Positions 47,344 through 56,979 of a stretch of DNA of 60,008 nucleotides are shown here, one piece after another. Position 1 is the stretch's first letter. Each line of letters opens with the position of its first letter. The notes under the pieces are model-generated. The model saw only the letters and a program-made list of their open reading frames with translations, did no database searches and was not told the DNA's origin. The DNA is from a virus (lineage: Duplodnaviria; Caudoviricetes), in IMG/VR virus record IMGVR_UViG_3300021090_000002, positions 1 through 60,008 of that record; one strand, 5' to 3'. The translations under genes were made by a program, and so were the position numbers.

Positions 47344-49761
47344 ATGCCCCTACCCCTTGTCAAAGCTTTCGAACAATACAGCGCCAAGGTCTTCACCTTG
47401 ATTCCGCTGTTCAGGTTCGATGCCACATCCCGCACCAAGAAAGGGATTGTACGCCGGGACGGCAAGCGCCCTCTTCACTTCAACTGGACTAAACGCCTGT
47501 ATGAGCGCGCCCGCGTTATAGCCCTCGCATCCAAGGGCCACAACGTCGGGGTACGCCTGAAAGCCTCACAACTGGTCATCGATGTTGATCCCCGCAATGG
47601 CGGCGATGTTGGTTTCAGAAACCTGTGCGCCGATCTGAAGCTTGACCCTTCCATCTATCCTACCGTGATCACCGGGAGCGGCGGCTTGCATGTCTATATG
47701 ACCAAGCCCGAAGACGTGCCCGTTGTTGACACCCTCGAATCCTATCCCGGTGTTGAATTCAAATCCAAGGGCAGACAGGTACTCGCCGCCGGTTGCATTC
47801 ACCCTGACACACTCAAGCCTTATGCGTTCGATGGGTTTTCACCGACCCTCGAAGATGGCTTGCCGCCCGTCCCGCCGAAATTGCTCAAGTTCATAAGACG
47901 CCCGCAGCGAAGCGGCGTGATGGGCGGCGGACAATACGACCAAGAGCAGATCGCGCGTGCGCTCGACAGACTCGACGCGACCGATTTTGCCGATCAAGAC
48001 AAATGGCTGCGTATCATGATGGCTGTGCATCACGCATCCGGCGGCGATGCGCGGCAAGAATTCATCGATTGGTCAACATCCGACCCGCACTACGCCGACG
48101 ATTCCGAAATCATCGGGAGACGTTGGGATTCTCTGCACAAGGAAAAAAGCGACGGCATCACATATCGCACGCTGAACAAATATCTTGCCGAAGCGGGCGC
48201 GGGCAGCGCGCAAGTCGCGCCAGAAGTCGAAGCCGACGAATTCGGCGACGTGCCCGAAGAGCAAGACGACGAAGACGATAGCGAAATCACACAACGCATT
48301 GCTGCCGGTGAAGACCCTTTTGCGCTAGGCGCAGACGACGGGATTCGTGAGGAAGGCAGATCGGATGCAGCGTTATCGCGGCTCGAAGCACTGAACGAAG
48401 AGTACGCCACTGTTCGCGATGCCGGGAAATTCAAAGTCATCTATCACAGTTATGATTTCGCTCTAAGGCGTAGGCATCTTGGCGCGCTTTCTCCATACGA
48501 TTTCGAGAAGATGTTTTCTAACGAGCGTATCGAGAACGACAAAACAGGTAAGAGCCGAAACGCATCGGACACTGTTCCGCTAGGCAAGGCTTGGATGGAA
48601 TGGCCGCAACGCCGCCACTACAACGGCGTTTGCTTCGAGCCTGAACACGAAGGCGAAGCGGACCAACTGAATCTCTTCGACGGCTTCGCATACGAAGCAT
48701 CGCGCACGGGTTCGTGGCAGCGCCTCGAAGAAATGATTTTCGAAATCTTGAGCGAATCGAATGACGACACGTTCAAATATGTTTTGAACTGGCTTGCCTT
48801 CCTGTTCCAGCATCCGGCCGAACGCGCTGAAGTCGCTCTTGTGTTCCAAGGCCCGCGCGGCGTCGGCAAAGGCACGCTAGGCAATCTTATCGTGAAGCTG
48901 ATTGGACGCCATGCGCTTAGCATCGGATCGTCTGAAGCAATCGCCGGGCGCTTCAATAGCCATCTGCAAGACTGCTTGTTCTTGTTCGCCGACGAAGCCG
49001 TGAAGCCTTTCGACAAGGTAGCGGAATCGCGGCTCAAGAATCTGATCACGGAACCGCTCATAGCCTCAGAGCGCAAGGGTTACGATATCGTTCAGGTGCG
49101 CAATTACGCGCATATCATGATGGCGACCAACGAAAAATGGGCAATCTCTGCGGCGATCGATGAACGTCGCTACATGGTCACGCAGGCCAATGCGAAATGG
49201 CGAGGGCGTCACGATCTTTGGCAGAAACTTCACGACGAACTAGACAAGGACAATTTCAGCGGCGGGCGTCGCTTCCTTCACGATCTGATCGAACGCGACA
49301 TAGAGGGCTTTCACCCCCGGCAATATCCCATCACGCGCGCCTTGATCATGCAAAAGGTGCGCACGTTGCAGCCCATGCAGCAGTTCTTTTTCAATTGCGT
49401 GTTCACAGCGCAACTGCCCTTCGAGATTCGACGCGGCCCGTGGGAGGAAGATCGCATTCGGTTCTTTGCCGAAGATTTCCGCCAAGGCTTCGCGATTTGG
49501 TGCCGTGAGAACGGAATCAATCCGGGATCGAACTCACGCAGCAATGCTTATTTCCTTGAACAGGATATTCGCGAGCTTTTCCCATCGGCGCATACGCGTC
49601 TTCGCGATCCGACGCCGGAAGATTGGTTCAACGCTTCCAACATGCGCGAGCCACGCGCCCGCGCGATCGAAATCCCTTCCCTGCCCCAATGCCGTGAAGA
49701 CTTCAACCGACTCTTGGGCGGCGATTGCGGTTGGACGGATGATGAAAAGGAGTTCGGGTGA
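47344..49761 (+). CDS. Bifunctional primase-polymerase + PriCT-2 + SF3/D5-like helicase
   Basis: IDVDPRNGG, TGSGGLHVY, W....MA.H...F.DWS, GPRGVGKG, FADE, MATN, ERR. Confidence 0.9.
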   Translation: MPLPLVKAFEQYSAKVFTLIPLFRFDATSRTKKGIVRRDGKRPLHFNWTKRLYERARVIALASKGHNVGVRLKASQLVIDVDPRNGGDVGFRNLCADLKLDPSIYPTVITGSGGLHVYMTKPEDVPVVDTLESYPGVEFKSKGRQVLAAGCIHPDTLKPYAFDGFSPTLEDGLPPVPPKLLKFIRRPQRSGVMGGGQYDQEQIARALDRLDATDFADQDKWLRIMMAVHHASGGDARQEFIDWSTSDPHYADDSEIIGRRWDSLHKEKSDGITYRTLNKYLAEAGAGSAQVAPEVEADEFGDVPEEQDDEDDSEITQRIAAGEDPFALGADDGIREEGRSDAALSRLEALNEEYATVRDAGKFKVIYHSYDFALRRRHLGALSPYDFEKMFSNERIENDKTGKSRNASDTVPLGKAWMEWPQRRHYNGVCFEPEHEGEADQLNLFDGFAYEASRTGSWQRLEEMIFEILSESNDDTFKYVLNWLAFLFQHPAERAEVALVFQGPRGVGKGTLGNLIVKLIGRHALSIGSSEAIAGRFNSHLQDCLFLFADEAVKPFDKVAESRLKNLITEPLIASERKGYDIVQVRNYAHIMMATNEKWAISAAIDERRYMVTQANAKWRGRHDLWQKLHDELDKDNFSGGRRFLHDLIERDIEGFHPRQYPITRALIMQKVRTLQPMQQFFFNCVFTAQLPFEIRRGPWEEDRIRFFAEDFRQGFAIWCRENGINPGSNSRSNAYFLEQDIRELFPSAHTRLRDPTPEDWFNASNMREPRARAIEIPSLPQCREDFNRLLGGDCGWTDDEKEFG

Positions 49762-49952
49762 TGAATCAAATCAAACCAAGGTTTGTCGCGGCCGAATGCG
49801 TCGCAGATTGTCAGGATAGACGCTGCCCGTACAGCCATGTGAGCGGGTGGCGAGTGCCGCAAGTGTTATGTTTGTTCGTTTCTGAACGCGCCGCCAATGA
49901 CTTTCTAGAACAAATACGACCGTACGGCGCTGGCGACACACTAGGCGATTGA
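49758..49952 (+). CDS. Hypothetical protein
   Basis: SD AAGGAG; overlap. Confidence 0.45.
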   Translation: MMNQIKPRFVAAECVADCQDRRCPYSHVSGWRVPQVLCLFVSERAANDFLEQIRPYGAGDTLGD

Positions 49953-49970
49953 TTTGGAAGGAGTGAACAC

Positions 49971-50330
49971 ATGCGCGGATTCTCAGGACTAGGCCGACTC
50001 GCGGCAATGGCTGCAATGAGCCTTGGGGCTATGATTCCCCTGCAAACGATTACGATAACGCCGCCAACGATGCCCACGCCTAAGCGTCGGCCTCGCAATC
50101 CTACGCGCACCTATCCGTATCCGCGCGGGCGCACGTACACACGCATAGGCGATCGTGAGCGCGGGCGCTACGGCACAGACAAATCATTACACGGACTCGT
50201 CGGACATTGGTTGCAACGCGCATCACACCCTAACGGCTTGCCCAATCACTGCATTGGCGTCCCGTCTAACAGCGTCGTCGGCCCCGGAGGCATGGTCACC
50301 CGGCGCGCGGCCAACAAGGAGTCATGGTGA
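49971..50330 (+). CDS. Hypothetical protein
   Basis: Strong SD AAGGAG. Confidence 0.55.
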   Translation: MRGFSGLGRLAAMAAMSLGAMIPLQTITITPPTMPTPKRRPRNPTRTYPYPRGRTYTRIGDRERGRYGTDKSLHGLVGHWLQRASHPNGLPNHCIGVPSNSVVGPGGMVTRRAANKESW

Positions 50331-50686
50331 TGATCTTCGACAGCAAAATTTTCGAGGCAGCACAAGCGTTGCTCGCGTCCGAAAAGTTCAGAGATCACGA
50401 AAGGCATAATTACGTCGCTCGCGATTTCCGCAGAGCTATCGAGGCGCTTGTTAGAAAAGATCGCGCACCGTATCAAGAACAGACGCACGAAGAGCAAAAA
50501 CGGAATGTCCGACTCGCGTTTCTTCGCGCCCATATCGCAAAGCTCGAATACTCCATTCAGCGATTTGGGCACGCTTACGTGCCGCTGCAGCGGAACGGCA
50601 TCGAAGCCGAACTCCTATATCGCCGTCTTCAGCTTAACGAACTTGAGCTTGAAAGCCGACGCCCGCCGCCAGCGAACAATCACTAG
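50324..50686 (+). CDS. Hypothetical protein
   Basis: SD AAGGAG. Confidence 0.55.
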   Translation: MVMIFDSKIFEAAQALLASEKFRDHERHNYVARDFRRAIEALVRKDRAPYQEQTHEEQKRNVRLAFLRAHIAKLEYSIQRFGHAYVPLQRNGIEAELLYRRLQLNELELESRRPPPANNH

Positions 50687-50691
50687 GAGTC

Positions 50692-51117
50692 ATGGTGATG
50701 CGTAAAGTCACGCCGCGAATTTCAAGCGTCCCCTCCCGCGCCATCTATCAGGCATTGCGCGATCTTGAATGGGTTGAACGCTCGAAGCGCTTCACCGTCG
50801 AAATGGGTTTGTGGTTTGAACCCGAAGCGCATGGGCGTTGTTGCGTTTGCCTTGCCGGGGCCGTGTTGGCGCACGCGGGTAATTCAGCCAAGCTGGATTT
50901 GTGTCCTAGCAATTTTAACAAGCAGACGGCGCGCCGACTTTGCGGACTCGATTGCTTTCGATCCGGAGCATTGGCGGCCGGACTCGAAGAATTCGGCCGG
51001 GCTGTGCCGAACCATTTGCCGTCGTACATCGATATCGTTGAGTACGAAGACGATCCGTGGCTGTTCAAGCAACAGCTTCGCGCGCTCGCCGATCTTTTGA
51101 AGGCGAACAAGCTATGA
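50692..51117 (+). CDS. Hypothetical protein with CCVCLAG motif
   Basis: SD AGGAG; M..W...C.VCLAG pattern. Confidence 0.6.
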   Translation: MVMRKVTPRISSVPSRAIYQALRDLEWVERSKRFTVEMGLWFEPEAHGRCCVCLAGAVLAHAGNSAKLDLCPSNFNKQTARRLCGLDCFRSGALAAGLEEFGRAVPNHLPSYIDIVEYEDDPWLFKQQLRALADLLKANKL

Positions 51118-51201
51118 GAGTTCCACTAGTTATCACCTTCATTCTGTTTGCGATCATCGTCGGCATGGTCGGAAGCGCGTTCGTTCAGTAGGATTCGTAT
51201 C

Positions 51202-52065
51202 GTGCGTTGTATTGTCTGCCGAACATCGTTTGCCCCTCGCAACAACACGAAGACCTGTTCGCAGCTATGTTCGAAAGAGAATAAACAGAGCTATCGGAAA
51301 CGTTGGCGCGACGCAAATAGAGACCGCCTTGCGTTTCTTAATAAGCGCTGGAATCAGGCTAATAAAAAACGGCGCGCAAAGCTGGCAAGGCGTTGGCGTG
51401 AGGCAAATAAAGAGCGGAACGATTTGCTAGCTAAACGCTGGCGGCTAGCGAATAAGGAACGCGTATCCGCCAACCGTCGGCGTTGGAAACAAGCTAATAA
51501 AGAACGTAGCGCGCGGCTGGATAAGAAATGGCGCAAAGCCAACAAAGAACACATCGCCGCCCGTCAGAAGCGTTGGTATGAAGCGAACAAGGAACGTGTT
51601 GATTCTAATCGCAGACGTTACCGCGAAGCTAACAAGGAACGTATCAACGTTGGGATTAAACGTTGGGCGGAAGCCAACAGAGAACGCGTCGCCGCCAACC
51701 ATAAGCGTTGGTATGAAGCGAACAAGGAACGCGGCTCAATTTTAGCAAAGCAGCGCTATAGGAAAAACAAACACCTGTATGTTGCAAGAGCGAAACGTTA
51801 CCGCGAGTTGCATCACGATTCATTTAAAGCGTATCAGTTGCGGTGGTATGAAGCGAACAAGGAACGACTAGCGCCCATCCGAAAACGCTGGAACAGGAAT
51901 AATCCACAACGCACGAACGCGCTAAGCAAACGCAGTAATAAAGCTCGCTATTTGGCTTTCGCTATTGCGCGCAAGCTCGCGCCTCTGCTGTTCACCAATA
52001 GTCACGACACCAAGCAAATAACGGCCGCCTATCGTTTCTGCAAAGAATTCAACATCAAAATCTAG
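51202..52065 (+). CDS. Zn-finger + 14 x 15-aa basic tandem repeat protein
   Basis: CIVC...TCSQLC then repeats of [KR]RW.EANKER..... Confidence 0.75.
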   Translation: MRCIVCRTSFAPRNNTKTCSQLCSKENKQSYRKRWRDANRDRLAFLNKRWNQANKKRRAKLARRWREANKERNDLLAKRWRLANKERVSANRRRWKQANKERSARLDKKWRKANKEHIAARQKRWYEANKERVDSNRRRYREANKERINVGIKRWAEANRERVAANHKRWYEANKERGSILAKQRYRKNKHLYVARAKRYRELHHDSFKAYQLRWYEANKERLAPIRKRWNRNNPQRTNALSKRSNKARYLAFAIARKLAPLLFTNSHDTKQITAAYRFCKEFNIKI

Positions 52066-52075
52066 GAGTGACATC

Positions 52076-52606
52076 ATGACTAAGCATCAAACATTTCCCT
52101 TTGATGAGTTGTTGCGGATCGCGAAAAACCTGACGGCCGAATTTGGCCGACAGCCAACCGATAAGGAGCTACGCGAAACGGCGTGGATTGAATTCAGCCT
52201 TACAGGCAAGCATGCCCGCGCATTGTTTGATTATTGGTTTGATCACAACGCGCACCGGATTGAATACGAACCGGAGAATGACGGTAACGGGCCGGTAGTG
52301 ACACCCAAACCGGCACGTTTGAATCCGGTTACGCGTCCGCCCAAGTCGGACGAACAGAAGAAAGACGACGAAGATAAAATCGCCGAAACCGTACAAAAAC
52401 TGAAAACGCTTGTTCTCATGGACCTGATCATGCCGAACGGCAAACGCCTTCGTGAGTGTACCGGGTCGGAGCTTGTTGGATTCGGCGGATGGCTTGCGGA
52501 CGTTGGCAAGATCGTTCTGAAGAAAGGGACTCGTACGAAAGCAGGCACTGCGGCGACGGAAAAAGACATTCAAGCAGTTCTCAAACGTTACGCTAAGAAA
52601 AAGTGA
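52076..52606 (+). CDS. Hypothetical protein
   Basis: SD AGGAG; LIMPNGKRLRECTG. Confidence 0.65.
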   Translation: MTKHQTFPFDELLRIAKNLTAEFGRQPTDKELRETAWIEFSLTGKHARALFDYWFDHNAHRIEYEPENDGNGPVVTPKPARLNPVTRPPKSDEQKKDDEDKIAETVQKLKTLVLMDLIMPNGKRLRECTGSELVGFGGWLADVGKIVLKKGTRTKAGTAATEKDIQAVLKRYAKKK

Positions 52607-52613
52607 GTCAGTC

Positions 52614-52970
52614 ATGGCCGCAAGATTTGGCTACAATTCCGAAGCGATGAAGAATCGCACTTCTGCGAATGACACAGAACGTGAAATCGTTCGTGCTCTT
52701 TCGGTTTATGCATACAATATCGATTCGTTGTTTGGGCGAGGCTTCGCCCGCGACAATCCGATGTTTCTCGCTGCGGTTCTACAGGCAGTAGAGTTCAATT
52801 CTATTGGCCGCAGACTTATCGGAATAGAAGACGGTCTTTCGGGCGTAGGCGCCGCGATCGATACCATCTTTCGTAATGGCCCCGTCCACATCGCATATTT
52901 AGAAACTCTCGCCAATGCGGTCGGAGCTATCGCAGAAGTATTAAACAAATCCGAGTCACCCGATGTCTGA
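52614..52970 (+). CDS. Hypothetical protein
   Basis: ID..FG.GFA..NP pattern; in operon. Confidence 0.55.
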   Translation: MAARFGYNSEAMKNRTSANDTEREIVRALSVYAYNIDSLFGRGFARDNPMFLAAVLQAVEFNSIGRRLIGIEDGLSGVGAAIDTIFRNGPVHIAYLETLANAVGAIAEVLNKSESPDV

Positions 52971-53238
52971 CAAACTCAAGACCGCTTGCGAGCAACCGAT
53001 TCCGCCTGAACGTTTAGCCCGCGTCGTCAACGCGGCTATTGCTTTCGTCAACGCGCCAGCGTTCCGACTGTTTCGTATGGCGATGCCGGAGGCTGAACGC
53101 CTCGCGCGTGAAGTCGAAGACGTTCTTACACCGACGATCAAACTCACGGAATGCACGGCCGGGCATTGCCTTGACCCGACGCGATGCGGGCGACACTCAC
53201 AATGCTTGCACGCCGACGCATGGCGGAATGAGCCGTGA
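52963..53238 (+). CDS. Hypothetical Cys-rich protein
   Basis: Overlapping ORF. Confidence 0.5.
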   Translation: MSDKLKTACEQPIPPERLARVVNAAIAFVNAPAFRLFRMAMPEAERLAREVEDVLTPTIKLTECTAGHCLDPTRCGRHSQCLHADAWRNEP

Positions 53239-53420
53239 GCTACGTTTGCCCTCACTGCGGTTCGATCGTCAAACAGTCGTTTGAATTGCGGGCGCGCGTG
53301 TTGGACACAAGCAAGGGCACGAAGAGAACAGCCAAGGAAACCGGAGTCGATCGGCGAACGATTCAGCGTCTTCGCAAGCGTGTTCGCCAAGCCAAGGAGT
53401 CGGGCCAATGCCTAGGATGA
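53235..53420 (+). CDS. Small Zn-ribbon + HTH protein
   Basis: CPHCG; TAKETGVDRRTIQRLR. Confidence 0.65.
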   Translation: MSYVCPHCGSIVKQSFELRARVLDTSKGTKRTAKETGVDRRTIQRLRKRVRQAKESGQCLG

Positions 53421-53608
53421 TCTTTGCAGCGCAGACGGTTCGCATGGAGGGCGGCAAAGCTAACACCGCAGATTTAGGCGAGCTTCAAGCCCTCGCCGCC
53501 GAAGGCTTCACGATCGCTTGCGGCTTCACAGTCGCGAGCGGCGCGCAACAGCTTTGGTTGCAGCGGCCGGATGAATCGAATCGCTTTCACGATATGGATT
53601 TCGGATGA
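53408..53608 (+). CDS. Hypothetical protein ending MDFG
   Basis: SD AAGGAG. Confidence 0.55.
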   Translation: MPRMIFAAQTVRMEGGKANTADLGELQALAAEGFTIACGFTVASGAQQLWLQRPDESNRFHDMDFG

Positions 53609-53752
53609 GTCCGTTTTTCGCATTCTTCAAGGCTCTAGTCCGACAAGTACGCGGTGAATTTGGACGCCCGCCGGTCATTATGCTTTGTGGCGATCAAGTG
53701 AGTCTGCCCGGCGTGATCATAGAGCCGAAAGACGTGAAAGGAGATAACGACA

Positions 53753-54013
53753 ATGAAGAGCCTTGAAGACCTGATCAGCGAAGCGGCGAAGCGCGGCCAA
53801 CTGAATCACCTATCGCTGATTCAGACGACGAAGGGTTTCGCCGCCGCGTATCGCACGGCGAGCGCAAACGCTCATTCAATGGCGACACATGCGAACCCTG
53901 TTGAGGCTCTTCGCGCGGCGTTGCGCGACGGCGAAGGCGCAACGAAGCGCCGACGCGTGACAACCGCGAAGCCGGACGATCCGCACGCAACCGATGAAAT
54001 GGATTTCGGGTGA
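53753..54013 (+). CDS. Hypothetical protein ending MDFG
   Basis: SD AAGGAG. Confidence 0.6.
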   Translation: MKSLEDLISEAAKRGQLNHLSLIQTTKGFAAAYRTASANAHSMATHANPVEALRAALRDGEGATKRRRVTTAKPDDPHATDEMDFG

Positions 54014-54019
54014 ATCCCC

Positions 54020-54256
54020 ATGTTCGGCAAGCCCAATCAGACTCTAATAAAGGAATGGTGTAAGGACGATCGCCGCGCCGTCCAATACCTGCGTGACCGT
54101 GGGTTCTTTTTGCTGCCCGGCGGATGTTGGATGACTCCGCCAGACAAGGATGTGAACGCCAAGGATCAAGCGGCGTTTCGCTTCCTGCATGAGAATTTCG
54201 ATTACAGCTATACGCTTTCCACCGACGAACCGCCGCACAAAAAATTCAGACACTAG
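54020..54256 (+). CDS. Hypothetical protein
   Basis: ORF in operon. Confidence 0.55.
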   Translation: MFGKPNQTLIKEWCKDDRRAVQYLRDRGFFLLPGGCWMTPPDKDVNAKDQAAFRFLHENFDYSYTLSTDEPPHKKFRH

Positions 54257-54266
54257 GAGTCGAACC

Positions 54267-54788
54267 ATGAGTCACGACATTCTGACAAAACGTCTGATTA
54301 GTCACGACGAAGCGCGGGCTGCGTTGCAGCGATTCGTTCATTCGCATTTCAGAGACGGCCGTGAAGTCGCGCGCTTCGGTATCCCAGCCCGGCCGGATTA
54401 TGACGATGATTTGGTGTTAAGCGCGTACATCAAACAGCAAGAGGATCAACCGGAAACATCCGAATCAAGCAACGGCGGATGTGAGGATTGCAACAGGCCG
54501 TACGGTTATGAGCACGGTTTCCCAGACTTCGTTATCCCGTATGACGCATGGAAGCGAATATCAACAAGTGGCGACGATAGCGGGCTGCTTTGTCCAAGCT
54601 GTATTTGTCAACGCTTGCACGATAAAGGCATTCGCTGCGAAGGTGCATTCACGTCAGGGCCGATAATTTCTGTTTCCGAATCAACAATGTCTGCGTTGCG
54701 GCGTGTTGAAAATATTGAACTCGCTATTGACGGTCGCGACAACCGATGGTCGGGAATTCGCGAGCTAGTAAAAGACAATGAACCATGA
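54267..54788 (+). CDS. Hypothetical protein with Zn-binding Cys pairs
   Basis: CEDC and LCPSCI; SD AGGAG. Confidence 0.6.
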   Translation: MSHDILTKRLISHDEARAALQRFVHSHFRDGREVARFGIPARPDYDDDLVLSAYIKQQEDQPETSESSNGGCEDCNRPYGYEHGFPDFVIPYDAWKRISTSGDDSGLLCPSCICQRLHDKGIRCEGAFTSGPIISVSESTMSALRRVENIELAIDGRDNRWSGIRELVKDNEP

Positions 54789-55021
54789 AGCTCTGCGACA
54801 TCTGTAGCGAACCTCTGATCAATAGACACGGCAACAGTAAAACATGTTCGCCGAAGTGCAGCGCCGCGTTGACGGCTAGGCGCTTACGGTATGATCAACT
54901 GGCGCACATTGAACGTAACCGCGAGTATGGCCGCAAATACAAACGCGATGTTCGGTTTATGATTACCGTTGAGAAGACGAAGATCATCGTTGAGCGCTAC
55001 TTGATGCGAAACGTTAGTTGA
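54785..55021 (+). CDS. Small Zn-finger protein
   Basis: CDIC...KTCSPKCS, same finger as 51202. Confidence 0.6.
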   Translation: MKLCDICSEPLINRHGNSKTCSPKCSAALTARRLRYDQLAHIERNREYGRKYKRDVRFMITVEKTKIIVERYLMRNVS

Positions 55022-55047
55022 AGATGCTGCGGAGTCCGGACTAGTTT
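55007..55047 (+). promoter_or_regulatory. Motif promoter for nucleotide-hydrolase cluster
   Basis: CGAAACGTTAGTTGA; TTGAAG-N18-TAGTTT. Confidence 0.65.
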
Positions 55048-55066
55048 TTGCGCATTGGAGTTTCTC

Positions 55067-55687
55067 ATGCGTTCGATTTACCTGATCGGCTCGCTTCGCA
55101 ATCCCAACATTCCCGATATCGGCAACGCGCTACGCGCGGCCGGGTTCGAAGCCTTCGACGATTGGTTTTCAGCCGGGAAAATTGCCGATGATAGCTGGCT
55201 TGAGTATGAGAAACGGCGCGGCCGTACCATGCTCGAAGCCCTTGAAGGGCACGCCGCGAAGAATGTCTTCGCCTTCGATCACAAGCATATCGAGCGCTGC
55301 GATTGCGCCGTGTTGGTCACGCCCGCCGGGAAGTCCGGACACCTTGAACTCGGATATGCGCTAGGACGCGGCAAGCCCGGCTATGTGCTCTTTACTGAAG
55401 AGCCTTCAAGATGGGACGTAATGTATCAATTCGCGTCCGGCGTCTTCGTTGAGCTTCCTAAGCTAATCGATGCTTTGAATTTCGAAGCCGAAGCGGTCGA
55501 AGACCTGTTGCGCGGCAAAGTGCAGTTTCAATTTCAGCCGGGCCTTGTTGCCTCTTACCCTTTACGTGATACCCGCGACGCCGCCGAGACTGACGCCGTT
55601 TTCGACGGCTATGCCAAATACTCCAAAACATTAGGAAGCGGTTTAATTTGGCTCGCGCCCGGCAGAATCAGGGAAATCGTATCGTGA
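55067..55687 (+). CDS. Nucleoside 2-deoxyribosyltransferase-like N-glycosidase
   Basis: IYLIGSLRN, D..HI..CD, GKSGHLELGYA.G.GKP. Confidence 0.75.
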   Translation: MRSIYLIGSLRNPNIPDIGNALRAAGFEAFDDWFSAGKIADDSWLEYEKRRGRTMLEALEGHAAKNVFAFDHKHIERCDCAVLVTPAGKSGHLELGYALGRGKPGYVLFTEEPSRWDVMYQFASGVFVELPKLIDALNFEAEAVEDLLRGKVQFQFQPGLVASYPLRDTRDAAETDAVFDGYAKYSKTLGSGLIWLAPGRIREIVS

Positions 55688-55908
55688 TCGCTCTTGCCTG
55701 CCAATGGATAGGCTTCGCCGCCGTCGTGTTCGGAATCTATCTCGCCGGACGTTGGCAGAATGCATCGGATTGTTTTCTGATCTCCGGCTCGTTCTGGCTG
55801 ATCATTTGGGCCGTGATGCAGCCGGAAATTCCTTGGGCGATCTTGGCTCTTCAGATCATTGTCGGATTCATTGCATTCAATCGATTGCGGAGTCTCCCAA
55901 ATGAGTAA
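55684..55908 (+). CDS. Small membrane protein
   Basis: Three hydrophobic segments. Confidence 0.55.
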   Translation: MIALACQWIGFAAVVFGIYLAGRWQNASDCFLISGSFWLIIWAVMQPEIPWAILALQIIVGFIAFNRLRSLPNE

Positions 55909-56395
55909 GCCGCGTCTGTATCTCGCCGGGCCGATTTTGGGCCTTACCGAAGGCGACGCTAAGGATTGGCGCGACGACTTCACGAAGCGTCTTCAACCAA
56001 GCGGAATCGTCTGCGTATCGCCGCTGCGATGTGAACCGTCCGTTGATGGCGTGTACGCGTCAAGCTACGGCGATCTTTGTTTCGGAACGGCCGGGGCGAT
56101 TACGGCAAAAAACTACATGGACGTGCAATCGTGCGCGGCCGTGCTCTGCTATTTCCCATATCGGGGCGTAGGCAAGGATCGCAGCGCCGGGACTATCGCT
56201 GAACTCGCATGGTCATTCGCGCTTCAGAAGCCGCGAGTCGTAGTGTCCGATGATGACTTCATTCGCAATCATCCGGTCATCAAGACAATGGCGCAATGGA
56301 TGCTTCCCGATCTGGAAGCCGCCGAACGCCTCTTCAAAGGCATCCTGCCCGTGTACTGCGATCGTACATGGCAGGATCGCCCAACCGATACGTGA
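55901..56395 (+). CDS. Nucleoside 2-deoxyribosyltransferase-like N-glycosidase
   Basis: LYLAGPI.G, WR, SPLR, DV..C, S.GT..ELAW....KP. Confidence 0.8.
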   Translation: MSKPRLYLAGPILGLTEGDAKDWRDDFTKRLQPSGIVCVSPLRCEPSVDGVYASSYGDLCFGTAGAITAKNYMDVQSCAAVLCYFPYRGVGKDRSAGTIAELAWSFALQKPRVVVSDDDFIRNHPVIKTMAQWMLPDLEAAERLFKGILPVYCDRTWQDRPTDT

Positions 56396-56475
56396 ACGCG
56401 GCGGAAGCTGTACGCAGCGCCGTTGATGATCGCATGCGACGACGTTTCCCGATTCTGAGGATTAAAGGCAAGGCT

Positions 56476-56979
56476 ATGCAACATCCCGGCAACACAGGCA
56501 ACGCGGGCAGCGAAGGCGTTGCCGGTATGGACGGCGTTTCGAAGCCATTGAACCCCAAGGACGCGCTAGGCATCCTCAAGGTATGTTGGTCCGTGATCCC
56601 GCTCGCCGTGCTTTGGGAAATCGGCGTCGGCATGCTCGAAGGCGCGCTTAAATACGGCCGTCATAATTACCTTGTGATCGGCGTCCGCGCGTCCGTGTAC
56701 TTTGACGCGACGGTTGCCCGGCACATGGCCGCATTCTGGGAAGGCGAAGACACAGACCCGGAGTCGGGAGTGTCTCATGTAACCAAGGCGATCTGTTCGC
56801 TGATCGTGTTACGCGCCGCGATGATCTTCGGGACATGGATCGATGACCGTCCGCCCAAGACTCCGGCCGGACATTTGGACGCGATGAACGTCAAGGTGAA
56901 AGCTTTGCTTGAGAAGTACCCCGAACCTGTCGCCGCCTATTGGGCAGACGGCAAGCGCGGGCCGGGGCGAATTCTCTAG
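56476..56979 (+). CDS. dATP/dGTP diphosphohydrolase domain (DUF5664)
   Basis: NPKD, GALKYG..N, RH...W.GED.DPESG..H. Confidence 0.85.
   Translation: MQHPGNTGNAGSEGVAGMDGVSKPLNPKDALGILKVCWSVIPLAVLWEIGVGMLEGALKYGRHNYLVIGVRASVYFDATVARHMAAFWEGEDTDPESGVSHVTKAICSLIVLRAAMIFGTWIDDRPPKTPAGHLDAMNVKVKALLEKYPEPVAAYWADGKRGPGRIL

Noticed and set aside
56476-56979. 2-aminoadenine (Z) genome pathway
   Set aside because: No PurZ-like gene recognised anywhere in the complete genome.
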